From Hyphomonadaceae bacterium (GTDB taxonomy: Bacteria > Pseudomonadota > Alphaproteobacteria > Caulobacterales > Aquidulcibacteraceae): DNA of 64,000 nucleotides. The notes beneath the pieces were generated by a model that worked only from the letters and a program-made list of their open reading frames with translations, was not told the origin of the DNA and ran no database searches. A program made the position numbers and the translations under genes. The stretch covers positions 231,237-295,236 of the forward strand of contig JAWKUZ010000002.1 in the NCBI GenBank assembly GCA_041398305.1. The letters are read 5' to 3'. Below, one piece after another: positions 9,817 through 19,815 of this stretch (its first letter is position 1; each line of letters opens with the position of its first letter).

Positions 9817-11016
9817 ATGGACGGGCACAGTCTCGACCTCACAAATCTTGCCATCGTCGTCGCCGCTGCGGTTCTTTTTGGCCTCGCCTTCATCCGCGCT
9901 CACCTCCCCTCGATGGTCGGCTTCATTGTCGCCGGCGTGATGCTTGGTCCAACGGGACTGGGTCTCGTTTCCAATTCGCAGTCGGTGGGTGCGCTCGCAG
10001 AGCTCGGCGTTCTCATGCTGCTTTTCATTGCGGGCCTGGAGCTATCTGTCCCGAGCTTCGTGCGCGTGCTTCGGCCTGCCGCGATCGCCGTAGTTGTCCA
10101 GACGCTTGGCGCGCTTAGTCTTGCCTTCGCCATGTCAGGAATATTCGGGTGGGATTGGCGCGCCTGTATCCTGTTTGGCTTCATTATCACGATGTCGAGC
10201 ACGGCGGTCGCAATAAGAATCATCACCGAACTGAAGGAAACCAAATCCGCTATCGGCGAACTTACTGTCGGTCTGATGATTGCGCAGGACATTGCGGTCG
10301 TACCCATGCTCATTTTCGTTGAAAGCCTTGAGCAAGAGACGATCGCAATCGCACCTATGCTCATTCGCCTTACCGTCGCACTTGGTATCCTTGCATTCGT
10401 TCTCTACTTCTTCCGAGCCGGACGAGAGATGAACGCGCCCTTTTCGGAACGTTTGCGCGGACGCGACGACCTCGTCGCGCTATTGGCGCTAGCAGCTTGT
10501 TTTGCGACGGCATCGCTTGGAGGCGTACTTGACCTATCTCCCGCGTACGGCGCCTTCGTCGCTGGCCTCGTGGTTGGCAATACGAACCTTCAGAGCGAGA
10601 CGATGCGTGTGGTTACGCCAATTCAGAGCTTGTTGCTGGTGGTGTTCTTCCTGTCTGTCGGCTTGCTCATTGATCTTCGATACATCGCCGACAACGCGAT
10701 TCTGGTGCTAGGCGCCGCGTTCGGGATCATCCTATTCAAGACCGGTCTCAACTTGATTTCACTACGCCTCGCCGGAGTAGAGACTGCAAGAGCCTCGCAA
10801 GTCGGGCTTGCCACGGCCCAGATCGGCGAGTTTTCGTTTATTCTCGCTGCAGCCGGTTTGTCAGCGTCGGTCCTGGACGACGACCGGTACCGTTTTGCAA
10901 TCACTGTCATTGCCGCGACTCTGGTGGTCAGCCCCATTTGGATGATCATCGCGCGGCGCATTCACGACCGCGCACTCGCGAGCCTTCCGATATTCCAGAA
11001 CAACGAGACGAACTAA
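9817..11016 (+). CDS. Cation:proton antiporter (CPA2/Kef-type, membrane domain only)
   Basis: LGVLMLLF.AGLE, MSSTAV, QDIAVVP, QIGEFSFIL. Confidence 0.87.
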   Translation: MDGHSLDLTNLAIVVAAAVLFGLAFIRAHLPSMVGFIVAGVMLGPTGLGLVSNSQSVGALAELGVLMLLFIAGLELSVPSFVRVLRPAAIAVVVQTLGALSLAFAMSGIFGWDWRACILFGFIITMSSTAVAIRIITELKETKSAIGELTVGLMIAQDIAVVPMLIFVESLEQETIAIAPMLIRLTVALGILAFVLYFFRAGREMNAPFSERLRGRDDLVALLALAACFATASLGGVLDLSPAYGAFVAGLVVGNTNLQSETMRVVTPIQSLLLVVFFLSVGLLIDLRYIADNAILVLGAAFGIILFKTGLNLISLRLAGVETARASQVGLATAQIGEFSFILAAAGLSASVLDDDRYRFAITVIAATLVVSPIWMIIARRIHDRALASLPIFQNNETN

Positions 11017-11135
11017 CTTCTCTCAGCCTCGCCAGATTAGGTGTCGGTTGCTAAGGTGGATATCCGCCGACAAGCCCTGCTGCTCATCGCGCCAGTTAGC
11101 GCCGCTCCGGATGGACTTCGCTCGTTGAATGGCCG

Positions 11136-11152
11136 TCTGGCGGACAGAGAGG
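11136..11152. repeat. att site: 17-bp copy of tRNA-Ser 3' end (TCTGGCGGACAGAGAGG)
   Basis: Exact direct repeat of 33087-33103. Confidence 0.9.
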
Positions 11153-11316
11153 CCGCTCAACGTGTTGTCACGTGATAGCAGGCGACATCGATATCGCCTA
11201 CGCACGCAACGCTCATTGCGCCCCAAACCACCGCAGCGATAGCCTATGATATCACTCACGCGCGCGCGAAGGCGGCTCGCCGAGATGGATAGGGTTTGGG
11301 ATAGAGCAACCCGCCA

Positions 11317-11769
11317 TCAACGCTTACGCCGCGTTTTTCGGTTTGCCTCAGGCTCGTGTTGAGTGCTGCACTGATCGTGCCCCGCCAAAGCTTCAATCAC
11401 CCTGCACTGCCGTACCGGCCTGCCGCCAGCGCATGAGCGGGCGATGCGCGTCAGTTCTGTCTTGAGCTGAGTGAGCTGCGCAATGCGTCCTTCAACAACG
11501 CGCAAGTGCCCTCGCGCAATCTCATCGGCCTCAGCGCATGACTTGCCTGGATCATCGGTGAGGTCGAGCAGCGAGCGAATGTCTTCGAGTTCGAAGCCAA
11601 GCGCCCGGGCGTGGCGGATGAATGCGAGACGTTGAACCTCAGCGTCAGAGTAAACGCGGCGACCGTTTGCTGCCCGCTTGGGGGCGGCCAACAGACCCTC
11701 AGCCTCGTAAAAGCGGATTGTCGTGACTTTTAGACCGGTCGTTTTTGCGACTTGACCAATGGCAGGCAT
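11317..11769 (-). CDS. MerR-family metal-responsive regulator (CadR/PbrR-like)
   Basis: TIRFYEAEGLL, RLAFIRHARALGF.LEDIR.LL, three Cys (SCAEAD, SCAGG, QCRVI). Confidence 0.92.
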   Translation of the reverse strand: MPAIGQVAKTTGLKVTTIRFYEAEGLLAAPKRAANGRRVYSDAEVQRLAFIRHARALGFELEDIRSLLDLTDDPGKSCAEADEIARGHLRVVEGRIAQLTQLKTELTRIARSCAGGRPVRQCRVIEALAGHDQCSTQHEPEANRKTRRKR

Positions 11770-11777
11770 TTTAGGGC

Positions 11778-11808
11778 TTGATCCTCTAGTTACTGGAGGA
11801 TGTAGACG
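11778..11808 (+). promoter_or_regulatory. MerR-type promoter/operator
   Basis: -35 TTGATC (11778-83), 19-bp spacer, -10-like TAGACG (11803-08); dyad ATCCTCTAGTTACTGGAGGAT at 11781-11801. Confidence 0.8.
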
Positions 11809-11834
11809 ATCTCGGGTCTGAAATCGAGGTCTTC

Positions 11835-12449
11835 ATGCCCCCCGCTTGGCTTCCACTTGCCGCATTGGCTTTCATCGTTGCCGCGTCGGCCACTCGCGTC
11901 TGGGCGGTCGAACGGTCCCACAACGTCAAAGCATTTAGCTTCGGTCGCCACGCCGCACTGCAAGGTCTTGCCGAACGGCATTGGAAGCTCGCCGTTGTCA
12001 CTGCATTCGCGCTAGCCGCAATGTCCTGGCTGACCCCTGAATGGGAAGCGCAGCTCGGCCGCGTGATTATCGGGCAAGGCGTGACGCAATGGGTGGCGAG
12101 CGTTCTGTTCGCAGTGTCAGCGCTGATCATCGTTACAGCGCAGATGCAGATGGGTGCGTCGTGGCGCGTTGGCGTACCAAAGGAAGGTCCGGGCGCACTC
12201 GTTACACACGGCCTCTTCTCATGGTCGCGCAATCCGATCTTCGTCGGCCTGCTTGGCGCGATGCTCGCTCTGTTTGTCTGGTCTCCACACATACTGACGG
12301 CCGCACTTCTCGCCGCGATCTGGACGCTGACGCTGGTGCAGGTTCGCATCGAAGAAGAAGCGTTGCGCGAAACTCATGGCGATAGTTACGAGCACTACGC
12401 GGCGCACGTTGGGCGCTGGTTCGGTCGCCGTTCGATTCATCGGTGCTGA
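11835..12449 (+). CDS. Isoprenylcysteine carboxylmethyltransferase (ICMT/PEMT)-family membrane protein
   Basis: AQ.QMG.SWRVG, LVT.GLF..SRNPIF, EEE.L...G..Y..Y...V.RW. Confidence 0.88.
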   Translation: MPPAWLPLAALAFIVAASATRVWAVERSHNVKAFSFGRHAALQGLAERHWKLAVVTAFALAAMSWLTPEWEAQLGRVIIGQGVTQWVASVLFAVSALIIVTAQMQMGASWRVGVPKEGPGALVTHGLFSWSRNPIFVGLLGAMLALFVWSPHILTAALLAAIWTLTLVQVRIEEEALRETHGDSYEHYAAHVGRWFGRRSIHRC

Positions 12450-12452
12450 GCG

Positions 12453-13108
12453 ATGTCAGAGAGCTACACACCCGCACTCGGACACTCGGCGCTCACTCCA
12501 CTCTATGATACGGCAATCGCGCTGCTGACGCGCGAGGGACGTTGGCGGAGAGCGCTTGTAAACCAAGTCGCGCCTTCGAGGAGCGATCGCATCATCGACG
12601 TCGGATGCGGCACCGGCAGCTTGGCACTGCTGTTAAAGCGCGCGGAGCCGCTGCGCACATCACAGGCATCGATCCGGATCGTCAGGTTCTTGATCGAGCA
12701 CGCGCAAAGACGCAGCAAGCAGCTATCGACATTGAGTTCGTTCAAGGCTTCGCGCGCGATGCGGCGGTCATTGCAAAGGACGGCGCGACCAAAGCCGTAT
12801 CGAGTTTGGTATTTCATCAAGTTCCGCTCGATGAAAAGCGCGATGGTCTCGCCGCGATGTACGCAAGCCTGGCAGTTGGTGGCGAGCTGCATGTCGCCGA
12901 TTATGGCTTGCAGCGCACGCCGCTGATGCGCGCTCTCTTCAAGCAGGTTCAGCAACTTGACGGTTTCGAGAACACTACACCCAACGCGCGCGGCGTTCTG
13001 CTGGAGCTGATCCGGGAGGTCGGCTTTGTGGATGTTGAAGAACGGCAGGTGATCCCAACGCCTACCGGCTCGATTTCATTGTACTTCGGCCGCAAGAGTT
13101 CGAAGTGA
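12453..13108 (+). pseudogene. Class I SAM-dependent methyltransferase split by one frameshift near 12650 (possibly an assembly error)
   Basis: First frame gives IIDVGCGTG..LKRAEP; second frame continues ITGIDPD...SSLVFHQ...LHVADYG. Confidence 0.8.
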
Positions 13109-13289
13109 TGACGCGCGACATGTTATACAATCACACTGACGAATGCACGTTCTGCGACACGAATACACTGGCGCGGCAATACGCTGGTGTGTTTACTGTT
13201 CGTCAGCCGGTTCGCGCGCCTATATGGGCAGCGCTGCGAATCTCGCTGGGCATTAAGGAATAACTTCGTTGCGGTTGCTGACCGGACCT

Positions 13290-13643
13290 ATGTGGAAAAG
13301 CTGGATCGCGATGCTCTGCGTCGCGCTCGTTGCTTTTGTCACTCTGGAACAGGTCTCGCCTGCCCACGCTGCGGAGAACGCTATCAGCGTGAGCGCATCG
13401 AACGAGCTTGCTGCCGCCAACGATTTGGCCGGCTCGCAAGACGACGACGGTTCATCGGGCGGCGAACAACAACAGCGGCATCATTGCTGCGGCGCGCACA
13501 CCAGCAGCGGGCCAGTCCTCTCTGAGGCAGGAACGCCGAACCAGTACACCTCGCTCATCGTGCTGATCCGCAGCGATGACAACACGCTCGCTCGCGCTTC
13601 CAGCGGACTTGAGCGGCCACCCAAAGCCACCGCGATCGTCTAA
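13290..13643 (+). CDS. Small exported His/Cys protein, CzcI/DUF2946-like leader
   Basis: Signal peptide (AHA), HHCCGAH motif, C-terminal LERPP, directly upstream of czcC; alternative TTG start 13269. Confidence 0.65.
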   Translation: MWKSWIAMLCVALVAFVTLEQVSPAHAAENAISVSASNELAAANDLAGSQDDDGSSGGEQQQRHHCCGAHTSSGPVLSEAGTPNQYTSLIVLIRSDDNTLARASSGLERPPKATAIV

Positions 13644-13696
13644 ACGCGCCGCTGATTTTCTGCGGCGCGTGATCATTCACGCATCGCGGAATTTAC

Positions 13697-15019
13697 ATGT
13701 CTTTTCAGAGCACTTCGACGCGCCCGCGCGCGCGTCTCCTACGCTACGTCGCGTCTGCCGCCCTCGGCATTGCGCCTATCGTGGCAGTCACTTCCCTCGC
13801 GGGTTCGGTGGCCCATGCCCAAGAGGCATCGCCGCTGACTTTGCAGGACGCAATTTCCCGCGCCGTCGAAGCCGATCCCGGTCTTCGTGCGGCAGGAGCC
13901 GGCGTTGACGCCGCTCGCGGCGGCTTGCGTCAAGCGCGCGCAAGACCCAACCCTGAACTTTCGGCGGAGGTCGAAAACTTCAACGGGCAAGGCGAGCTTC
14001 GCGGCTTCGACGGAGCCGAAACAACGTTTTCGCTTTCGCAAGAAGTTGAGCTTGGCGGCCGCCGAAGTGCACGCGTTCAACTCGCCAATCGCGAACTCCA
14101 TGGCGCTGAACTAGAGCGGACAATTCGCGGTCTCGACCTCATCCGCGAGACACAGATCGCCTACTTCGATGCGCTCGCAGCCGAAGAACTCGTCGCCATC
14201 GCGCGCGAGCGACTCGAAACCGCGCAAGCGCTCAGTGCCTCCGTCAGCAGACGAGTAGCAGCGGCTCGCGACCCGCTTATGGCCGGTGCACGTGCAGAAG
14301 CGGGCTTAGCCGAAGCGCGCGTTGCGCTGACACGCGCCCAGGCGGAAGCAGCTACGGCGCGCGCCAACCTAGCGTCGCTCTTGGGCGGCGATACCGGATT
14401 TACCCTTATTGCCGCTGATTTCAGCGCTCCGCGAACGATTGAGCACGCGCACGACACACCTACCGACGCCGCTCCTGATCTTGCCCGGCTAGCCGCAGAG
14501 CGTGACCGTGCAAACGCCGCAACGCGCGTCGAGCGTTCCCTGGCGTGGCAGAACCCAACCGTCAGCTTTGGGTATCGCCAGTTTGCAGCGGACAACGATG
14601 AAGGCGCGCTTGTCGCCGGCTTCTCCGTTCCCCTCGGCATATTCGATCGCAATCAAGGATCAGTATCGCGCGCCCGAGCAGAGCAACGCCGCGCTGAATT
14701 TGATCTCGAAGCCGGTCGAAGAACCTTGCAACGCGAGTTCGCGGCGCTTCAGCGAGCGATTGCCGCCGATGCCGCAGCGATCTCCGCAACCGAAGACGAA
14801 GTCATCCCACAGGCCGAGCGCGCGCTTGAGCTTGCACAAGACGGCTACAATCGCGGGGCGTTTTCGTACCTCGACGTTCTTGAGGCGCAGCGAGCCCTCT
14901 CTGATGCGCGCCAGTCGCGCGTCGATGCACTCCGAACATTTCACAACAACGAGGCGGCGCTTGACCGCCTAACGGCGCGCTTCGCCGACACCCTTCCCGA
15001 GCAGGAGGCTCACCAATGA
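13697..15019 (+). CDS. czcC: TolC-family outer membrane factor of heavy-metal RND system
   Basis: PNPELS, ELGGRRSAR, PLGIFDRNQG, Y..G...YLDVLEAQR; operon position. Confidence 0.85.
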   Translation: MSFQSTSTRPRARLLRYVASAALGIAPIVAVTSLAGSVAHAQEASPLTLQDAISRAVEADPGLRAAGAGVDAARGGLRQARARPNPELSAEVENFNGQGELRGFDGAETTFSLSQEVELGGRRSARVQLANRELHGAELERTIRGLDLIRETQIAYFDALAAEELVAIARERLETAQALSASVSRRVAAARDPLMAGARAEAGLAEARVALTRAQAEAATARANLASLLGGDTGFTLIAADFSAPRTIEHAHDTPTDAAPDLARLAAERDRANAATRVERSLAWQNPTVSFGYRQFAADNDEGALVAGFSVPLGIFDRNQGSVSRARAEQRRAEFDLEAGRRTLQREFAALQRAIAADAAAISATEDEVIPQAERALELAQDGYNRGAFSYLDVLEAQRALSDARQSRVDALRTFHNNEAALDRLTARFADTLPEQEAHQ

Positions 15020-15984
15020 GAAAGTCATCGATGAAGTTGGCGCTGGCGCCGATCGCTCTAGTGCTAGCCCTCGGCGGCGCGTCTTGCGGGAAAAGCGAAG
15101 CTGATAGCGAGCAAGCTGAGGCCGCCGGCGAAGAAGGTGAAGAAGGGCACGCCGAAGAGGAAGGCGCTGACCGCATCACCATCCCAGCCGCGTCGGCCGA
15201 GGCTTCGCAAATCGAAGTTGCAACAGCTGGTCCGGGCGCGCTCCAAGAAACGCTGAGCCTCACGGGCCGCATGATGCTGCAACCTTCAGCAAGAGCCGAA
15301 ATTCACGCGCCCTACCCCGGCCCGGTTCGCGCCGTGCAACGCAACATCGGCGACGTGGTCCGCCGTGGTGAGACCCTTGCACGCGTCGAAAGCTCTGAGA
15401 GTTTGCAGACGTACTCGATCGTCACGCCCATTTCCGGTGTCGTGCTGGAACGAGAAACCAACATCGGAGACGTGACAAATGACACGCCGCTGTTTGTCGT
15501 CGGCGATCTGACCCGTCTGCAAGCCGAACTCAATGTTGTGCCTCGTGACATCGGCCGCGTGAGCGCTGGCCAAGCAGTCATCATCACCGGTCTCGATGGC
15601 TCGACGCCGACGCAAGCGCGTCTTGCCTCAGTGCTTCCTACTGCTGACTCTCACTCGCAGACATTGATCGCACGCGCGCCAATCACTGTGACTGCCAATT
15701 CGGCGTTGCGACCCGGCATGGCGATCCGCGCGAATGTCGTGCTGGCAAGCCAGGACGCGGCCGTCGTCGTGCCAGCGGACGCGGTGCAAAGCTTTGAGGG
15801 ACGTATTGTCGTCTTCGTGCGTGTTGCCGAGGAAACCTACGAGCCACGCGACGTCACAGTTGGGCGCTCCAGCCGAGACATGGTCGAGATCACCGGCGGG
15901 TTGAACGCTGGTGAGGCTTACGTTTCGCGCAACGCCTTCCTCATCAAGTCACAGCTGGGTGCGAGCGCCGCCGATCACCACTGA
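15016..15984 (+). CDS. czcB: RND periplasmic adaptor (MFP)
   Basis: Lipoprotein-like start, acidic/His linker, LRPGM, VVVP.DAVQ; ATGA-coupled to czcC. Confidence 0.85.
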   Translation: MRKSSMKLALAPIALVLALGGASCGKSEADSEQAEAAGEEGEEGHAEEEGADRITIPAASAEASQIEVATAGPGALQETLSLTGRMMLQPSARAEIHAPYPGPVRAVQRNIGDVVRRGETLARVESSESLQTYSIVTPISGVVLERETNIGDVTNDTPLFVVGDLTRLQAELNVVPRDIGRVSAGQAVIITGLDGSTPTQARLASVLPTADSHSQTLIARAPITVTANSALRPGMAIRANVVLASQDAAVVVPADAVQSFEGRIVVFVRVAEETYEPRDVTVGRSSRDMVEITGGLNAGEAYVSRNAFLIKSQLGASAADHH

Positions 15985-16029
15985 TCGCCGCCTGCCGCCG
16001 CATTCCCCACTCGCATTGGATATTTCGCA

Positions 16030-19000
16030 ATGATTAGCCGTCTTCTCGAACTCGCGGTCAAAGCCCGATGGGCTGTGATCGCGATCACGCTCGTGGTTGC
16101 CGCCATCGGTGTGTTCAACATCATCCGGCTACCGATCGATGCCGTTCCGGACATCACCAACCGCCAGGTACAAATCAACACGGTCGCGCCTGCGTTCGGC
16201 CCGCTCGATGTCGAACGGCTTGTCACCTACCCCGTCGAAACTGCGATGTCCGGGATCGTCGGCCTTGAGACAACACGCTCGATCTCACGCAACGGCTTCA
16301 GCCAAGTTACGGTCGTCTTCGCCGACAGCGTCGATATCTACTTCGCGCGCCAGCAAGTCGCAGAGCGCCTGACAGCAGCGCGAGAAAGCCTTCCCGACGG
16401 CGTAGAGCCGCAAATGGGACCGATTTCGACTGGTCTCGGCGAAGTGTTGATGTGGACGGTTCGTTTCGACGACGAGCGTCAAGTAGGCGCTGACGGCTCT
16501 GGCTGGATTAACGCGACCACATATCGAACGCCTCAAGGCGAATTGCTGACCGATGCCGTATCGCAAGCCGCGTACCTGCGAACCGTCCAAGACTGGGTTG
16601 TTCGACCACAGATGCGCGCAGTCAGCGGCATTGCTGGCATCGACTCCATTGGCGGCTACGAGAAACAATACGTCATCGAGCCAGACACCGGCGCACTGAG
16701 CGCCTACGGCATCTCCTTTACGGAACTGGCGGAAGCGCTCGAGCGCGCCAACATCTCCGTGGGCGCAAACTTCGTGCAACGTGGCGGCGAAAGCTTCCTC
16801 GTTCGCGCCGACGCCCGCATCCGTACGCTTGAAGAAATCTCGGAAGCCGTCGTCGCAACGCGTGATGGTGTTCCGGTTACCGTTCGTGATGTCGCCAATG
16901 TCCGCGTGGGTGGTGACCTTCGCACCGGCGCCGCTACCGCGAACGGCGAAGAAGTCGTCATTGGCACCGTGCTGATGATCACCGGCGGCAATAGTCGCAC
17001 GGTCGCAGCAGCCGCTGCTGAACGCCTCCAAGAGATCGCAGCAACGTTGCCAGCGGGCATCGAAGTCGAAGTGGTCTACGATCGCTCGAAACTGGTGAAC
17101 GCCACCATCGCCACGGTCGAGCGCAACCTTGCAGAAGGCGCGCTTCTTGTTGCCGCCGTGCTCTTTCTGATGCTCGGTAACGTTCGCGCGGCGTTGATCG
17201 CAACACTCATCATCCCGCTTTCGATGCTGATGACCTCGATCGGCATGAATTTCTTCGGCGTCTCCGGCAACCTCATGTCGCTGGGCGCTCTCGACTTCGG
17301 CCTCATCGTCGATGGCTCGGTGATCATCATCGAGAACTGCTTGAGGCGATTGTCTGAACGACAGCATCATGAAGGGAGGCTGCTGACGCTACAGGAGCGA
17401 CTGTACGAAACGCTCGAAGCGTCGCGCGAGATGATCAAGCCGACGATCTTTGGTCAGATCATCATCTTCCTCGTGTTCATGCCGCTGCTCGCCTTCTCCG
17501 GCGTCGAAGGCAAGATGTTCTCGCCGATGGCGATCACGCTCCTGCTCGCCCTGGGCGCTGCCTTCATCCTCTCGCTGACATTCGTGCCGGCGATGGTCGC
17601 AGTGCTCATTCGCGGCAAGGTCTCGGAAAAGGAAGTGAAGCCTATCGAGATGGCCCGCAAGGCCTACGAACCGGCGCTAGCCTCCTCCATCCGTCGCCCG
17701 CTTCCAGTCATCGGTGGTGGCGTGGCGGTGTTTGCGGTCGCTGCAGCACTCTTCTTCACGTTGGGCCAAGAGTTCATCCCGCAGCTCGACGAGCAAGACT
17801 TCGCTATCCAGGCAGTCCGAATTCCATCGACCTCGTTGCAGCAATCGACAGCGATGCAGCAGCGTGTCGAAGAAGCGGTCAGCGAGTTCCCTGAGGTTCT
17901 CGTCGTCTTCTCGAAAACGGGCACGGCCGAGGTCGCTTCGGACCCGATGCCCGTCAACATCTCAGACTCGTTCGTCATCCTGCGCCCACGCTCAGAGTGG
18001 CCGAACCGTGGCGAGACCAAAGCGGAGCTTTTGACTCGCATTGAGGCGCGCATCTCGCAACTGGTCGGCAACGGCTACGAGTTCAGTCAGCCGATCCAGA
18101 TGCGATTCAACGAACTGATCGCAGGTGTTCGCGGCGATGTCGCCATCAAGCTCTACGGTGAAGATCTCACTGAGATGAGCCAGGTCGCGGGCCAGATCGC
18201 CGCCGTGCTGCAATCCATCGATGGCTCGGCAGACGTTAAGGTCGAACAAACCGGCGGCTTCCCAACGCTCGACGTCGCGTTCGACCGTGATGCAATCGCG
18301 CGCTACGGTCTTTCGCTTCAAGAAGTCACCGACACCGTCGCAACCGCGATGGGCGGCCGCGAAGCGGGCCTCGTCTTCGAAGGGGACCGTCGCTTCGACG
18401 TCGTAGTTCGTCTTCCGGATGCCGTCCGAGACGATTTGGACGCCGTCGGCGCCCTCCCGGTGATGTTGCCGGATGAAGGCGGCGTTCGCCAATCGATCCC
18501 GTTGCGTGAGGTCGCGACCTTCTCCTTCTCTGAAGGACTGAACCAAGTCAGCCGCGAGAACGGCAGTCGCCGCGTGGTCGTGCAGTCGAACGTGCGTGGC
18601 CGTGACCTCGGTTCGTTCGTGACTGAAGCCCAGCGTCGCGTTGCTGCAGAAATCACATTGCCTGTCGGCGCGCGTATCGAATGGGGCGGCCAATTCCAGA
18701 ACTTGCAGTCAGCCTCTCAACGTATGGCGCTGATCGTCCCCGGCTGCTTCCTGCTGATCTTTGGCATCCTCTACATGGCATTGGGTAGCGTGCGCTCGGC
18801 GGCAGCCGTTTACACAGCTGTTCCGCTCGGTCTCGCAGGTGGCGTCTTCACGCTCTTGCTCACCGGCATGTCGTTCTCGATCTCAGCTGCTGTCGGCTTT
18901 ATCTGCTTGGCTGGTGTCGCGGTGCTGAACGGCTTGGTCGTCATGACAGGCATCAACAAGCGCCTCGATCTCGGCATGCCGCTTGAAGACGCGATCTACG

Positions 19001-19266
19001 AAGGCATGCGCGAGAAATTCCGCGCCGTCCTCATGACAGGCATCGTGCCGGCTATTGGCTTCGTTCCCATGGCGCTGGCGCATGGCACCGGCGCAGAGGT
19101 TCAAAAGCCACTGGCGACGGTCGTCATCGGCGGCCTCATCACGGCAACGTTGCTAACGCTCTTCGTCCTGCCTGCAATCTGCAAGCTGATGCTGAAGAGC
19201 GGACATCAGGCGCGCGACGGCGAAATGCCCACTGCCTACACGCCCTCGCCTGCTCAAGCCGAATAG
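16030..19266 (+). CDS. czcA: CusA/CzcA-family heavy-metal efflux RND transporter
   Basis: LPIDAVPDITN.QVQINT, NLMSLGALDFGLIVDG, GAEVQKPLATVVIGG. Confidence 0.93.
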   Translation: MISRLLELAVKARWAVIAITLVVAAIGVFNIIRLPIDAVPDITNRQVQINTVAPAFGPLDVERLVTYPVETAMSGIVGLETTRSISRNGFSQVTVVFADSVDIYFARQQVAERLTAARESLPDGVEPQMGPISTGLGEVLMWTVRFDDERQVGADGSGWINATTYRTPQGELLTDAVSQAAYLRTVQDWVVRPQMRAVSGIAGIDSIGGYEKQYVIEPDTGALSAYGISFTELAEALERANISVGANFVQRGGESFLVRADARIRTLEEISEAVVATRDGVPVTVRDVANVRVGGDLRTGAATANGEEVVIGTVLMITGGNSRTVAAAAAERLQEIAATLPAGIEVEVVYDRSKLVNATIATVERNLAEGALLVAAVLFLMLGNVRAALIATLIIPLSMLMTSIGMNFFGVSGNLMSLGALDFGLIVDGSVIIIENCLRRLSERQHHEGRLLTLQERLYETLEASREMIKPTIFGQIIIFLVFMPLLAFSGVEGKMFSPMAITLLLALGAAFILSLTFVPAMVAVLIRGKVSEKEVKPIEMARKAYEPALASSIRRPLPVIGGGVAVFAVAAALFFTLGQEFIPQLDEQDFAIQAVRIPSTSLQQSTAMQQRVEEAVSEFPEVLVVFSKTGTAEVASDPMPVNISDSFVILRPRSEWPNRGETKAELLTRIEARISQLVGNGYEFSQPIQMRFNELIAGVRGDVAIKLYGEDLTEMSQVAGQIAAVLQSIDGSADVKVEQTGGFPTLDVAFDRDAIARYGLSLQEVTDTVATAMGGREAGLVFEGDRRFDVVVRLPDAVRDDLDAVGALPVMLPDEGGVRQSIPLREVATFSFSEGLNQVSRENGSRRVVVQSNVRGRDLGSFVTEAQRRVAAEITLPVGARIEWGGQFQNLQSASQRMALIVPGCFLLIFGILYMALGSVRSAAAVYTAVPLGLAGGVFTLLLTGMSFSISAAVGFICLAGVAVLNGLVVMTGINKRLDLGMPLEDAIYEGMREKFRAVLMTGIVPAIGFVPMALAHGTGAEVQKPLATVVIGGLITATLLTLFVLPAICKLMLKSGHQARDGEMPTAYTPSPAQAE

Positions 19267-19275
19267 GAGCTCTTC

Positions 19276-19815
19276 ATGTCAACCGATGCCCTACGCGATG
19301 CGTTGCCGGATTTCGCATTCGACCAACGAAGCAATCTCGATGCTCTTGGCGCGGAGAACCTGCTCAGCGATCAACAGAAGTGGGGGTGCATGCTTGCGTG
19401 CGCCTACACCACGAGCAATCCAACACTGATCAGACACATGGAAGGCGCGGTAGCGTCTTTGATCTCCGAGAAGGCGCGACGCGCGGCCAAGCTGGTGGCG
19501 ACTCTCATGGCGATGAACACCGTCTACTACGGTGCGATCAATCTCCTGAACAATCACGACTATCGAGGCGCTCCGGCCAATCTCACGATGACGGCGCTCT
19601 CACAGACAGAAGTTGAGAAAATCGACTTCGAACTGTGGGCCTTCGCGATTTCGGCAATGAGCAATTGCTCGGCGTGCCTGAACGTACATGAGGCGGAACT
19701 GCACAAGCGCGGCATGACGCTTGAGCGCGTTCAGGCGGCGCTCCGGATCGCAGCGACAGTAGCCGGCATCAACACGGCGCTCCGCATCAAGCAAGCCACC
19801 GCGGGAAGCCCGTAG
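19276..19815 (+). CDS. ahpD: Alkylhydroperoxidase AhpD-like (CMD family)
   Basis: AMN.VYY, DFELW.FAISA..NCSAC...HE (CxxC). Confidence 0.8.
   Translation: MSTDALRDALPDFAFDQRSNLDALGAENLLSDQQKWGCMLACAYTTSNPTLIRHMEGAVASLISEKARRAAKLVATLMAMNTVYYGAINLLNNHDYRGAPANLTMTALSQTEVEKIDFELWAFAISAMSNCSACLNVHEAELHKRGMTLERVQAALRIAATVAGINTALRIKQATAGSP

Noticed and set aside
16285-18693. Long antisense ORFs opposite czcA (and similar ones opposite msrA and the kinase)
   Set aside because: Stop-poor shadow frames expected in high-GC coding DNA; no recognisable motifs.
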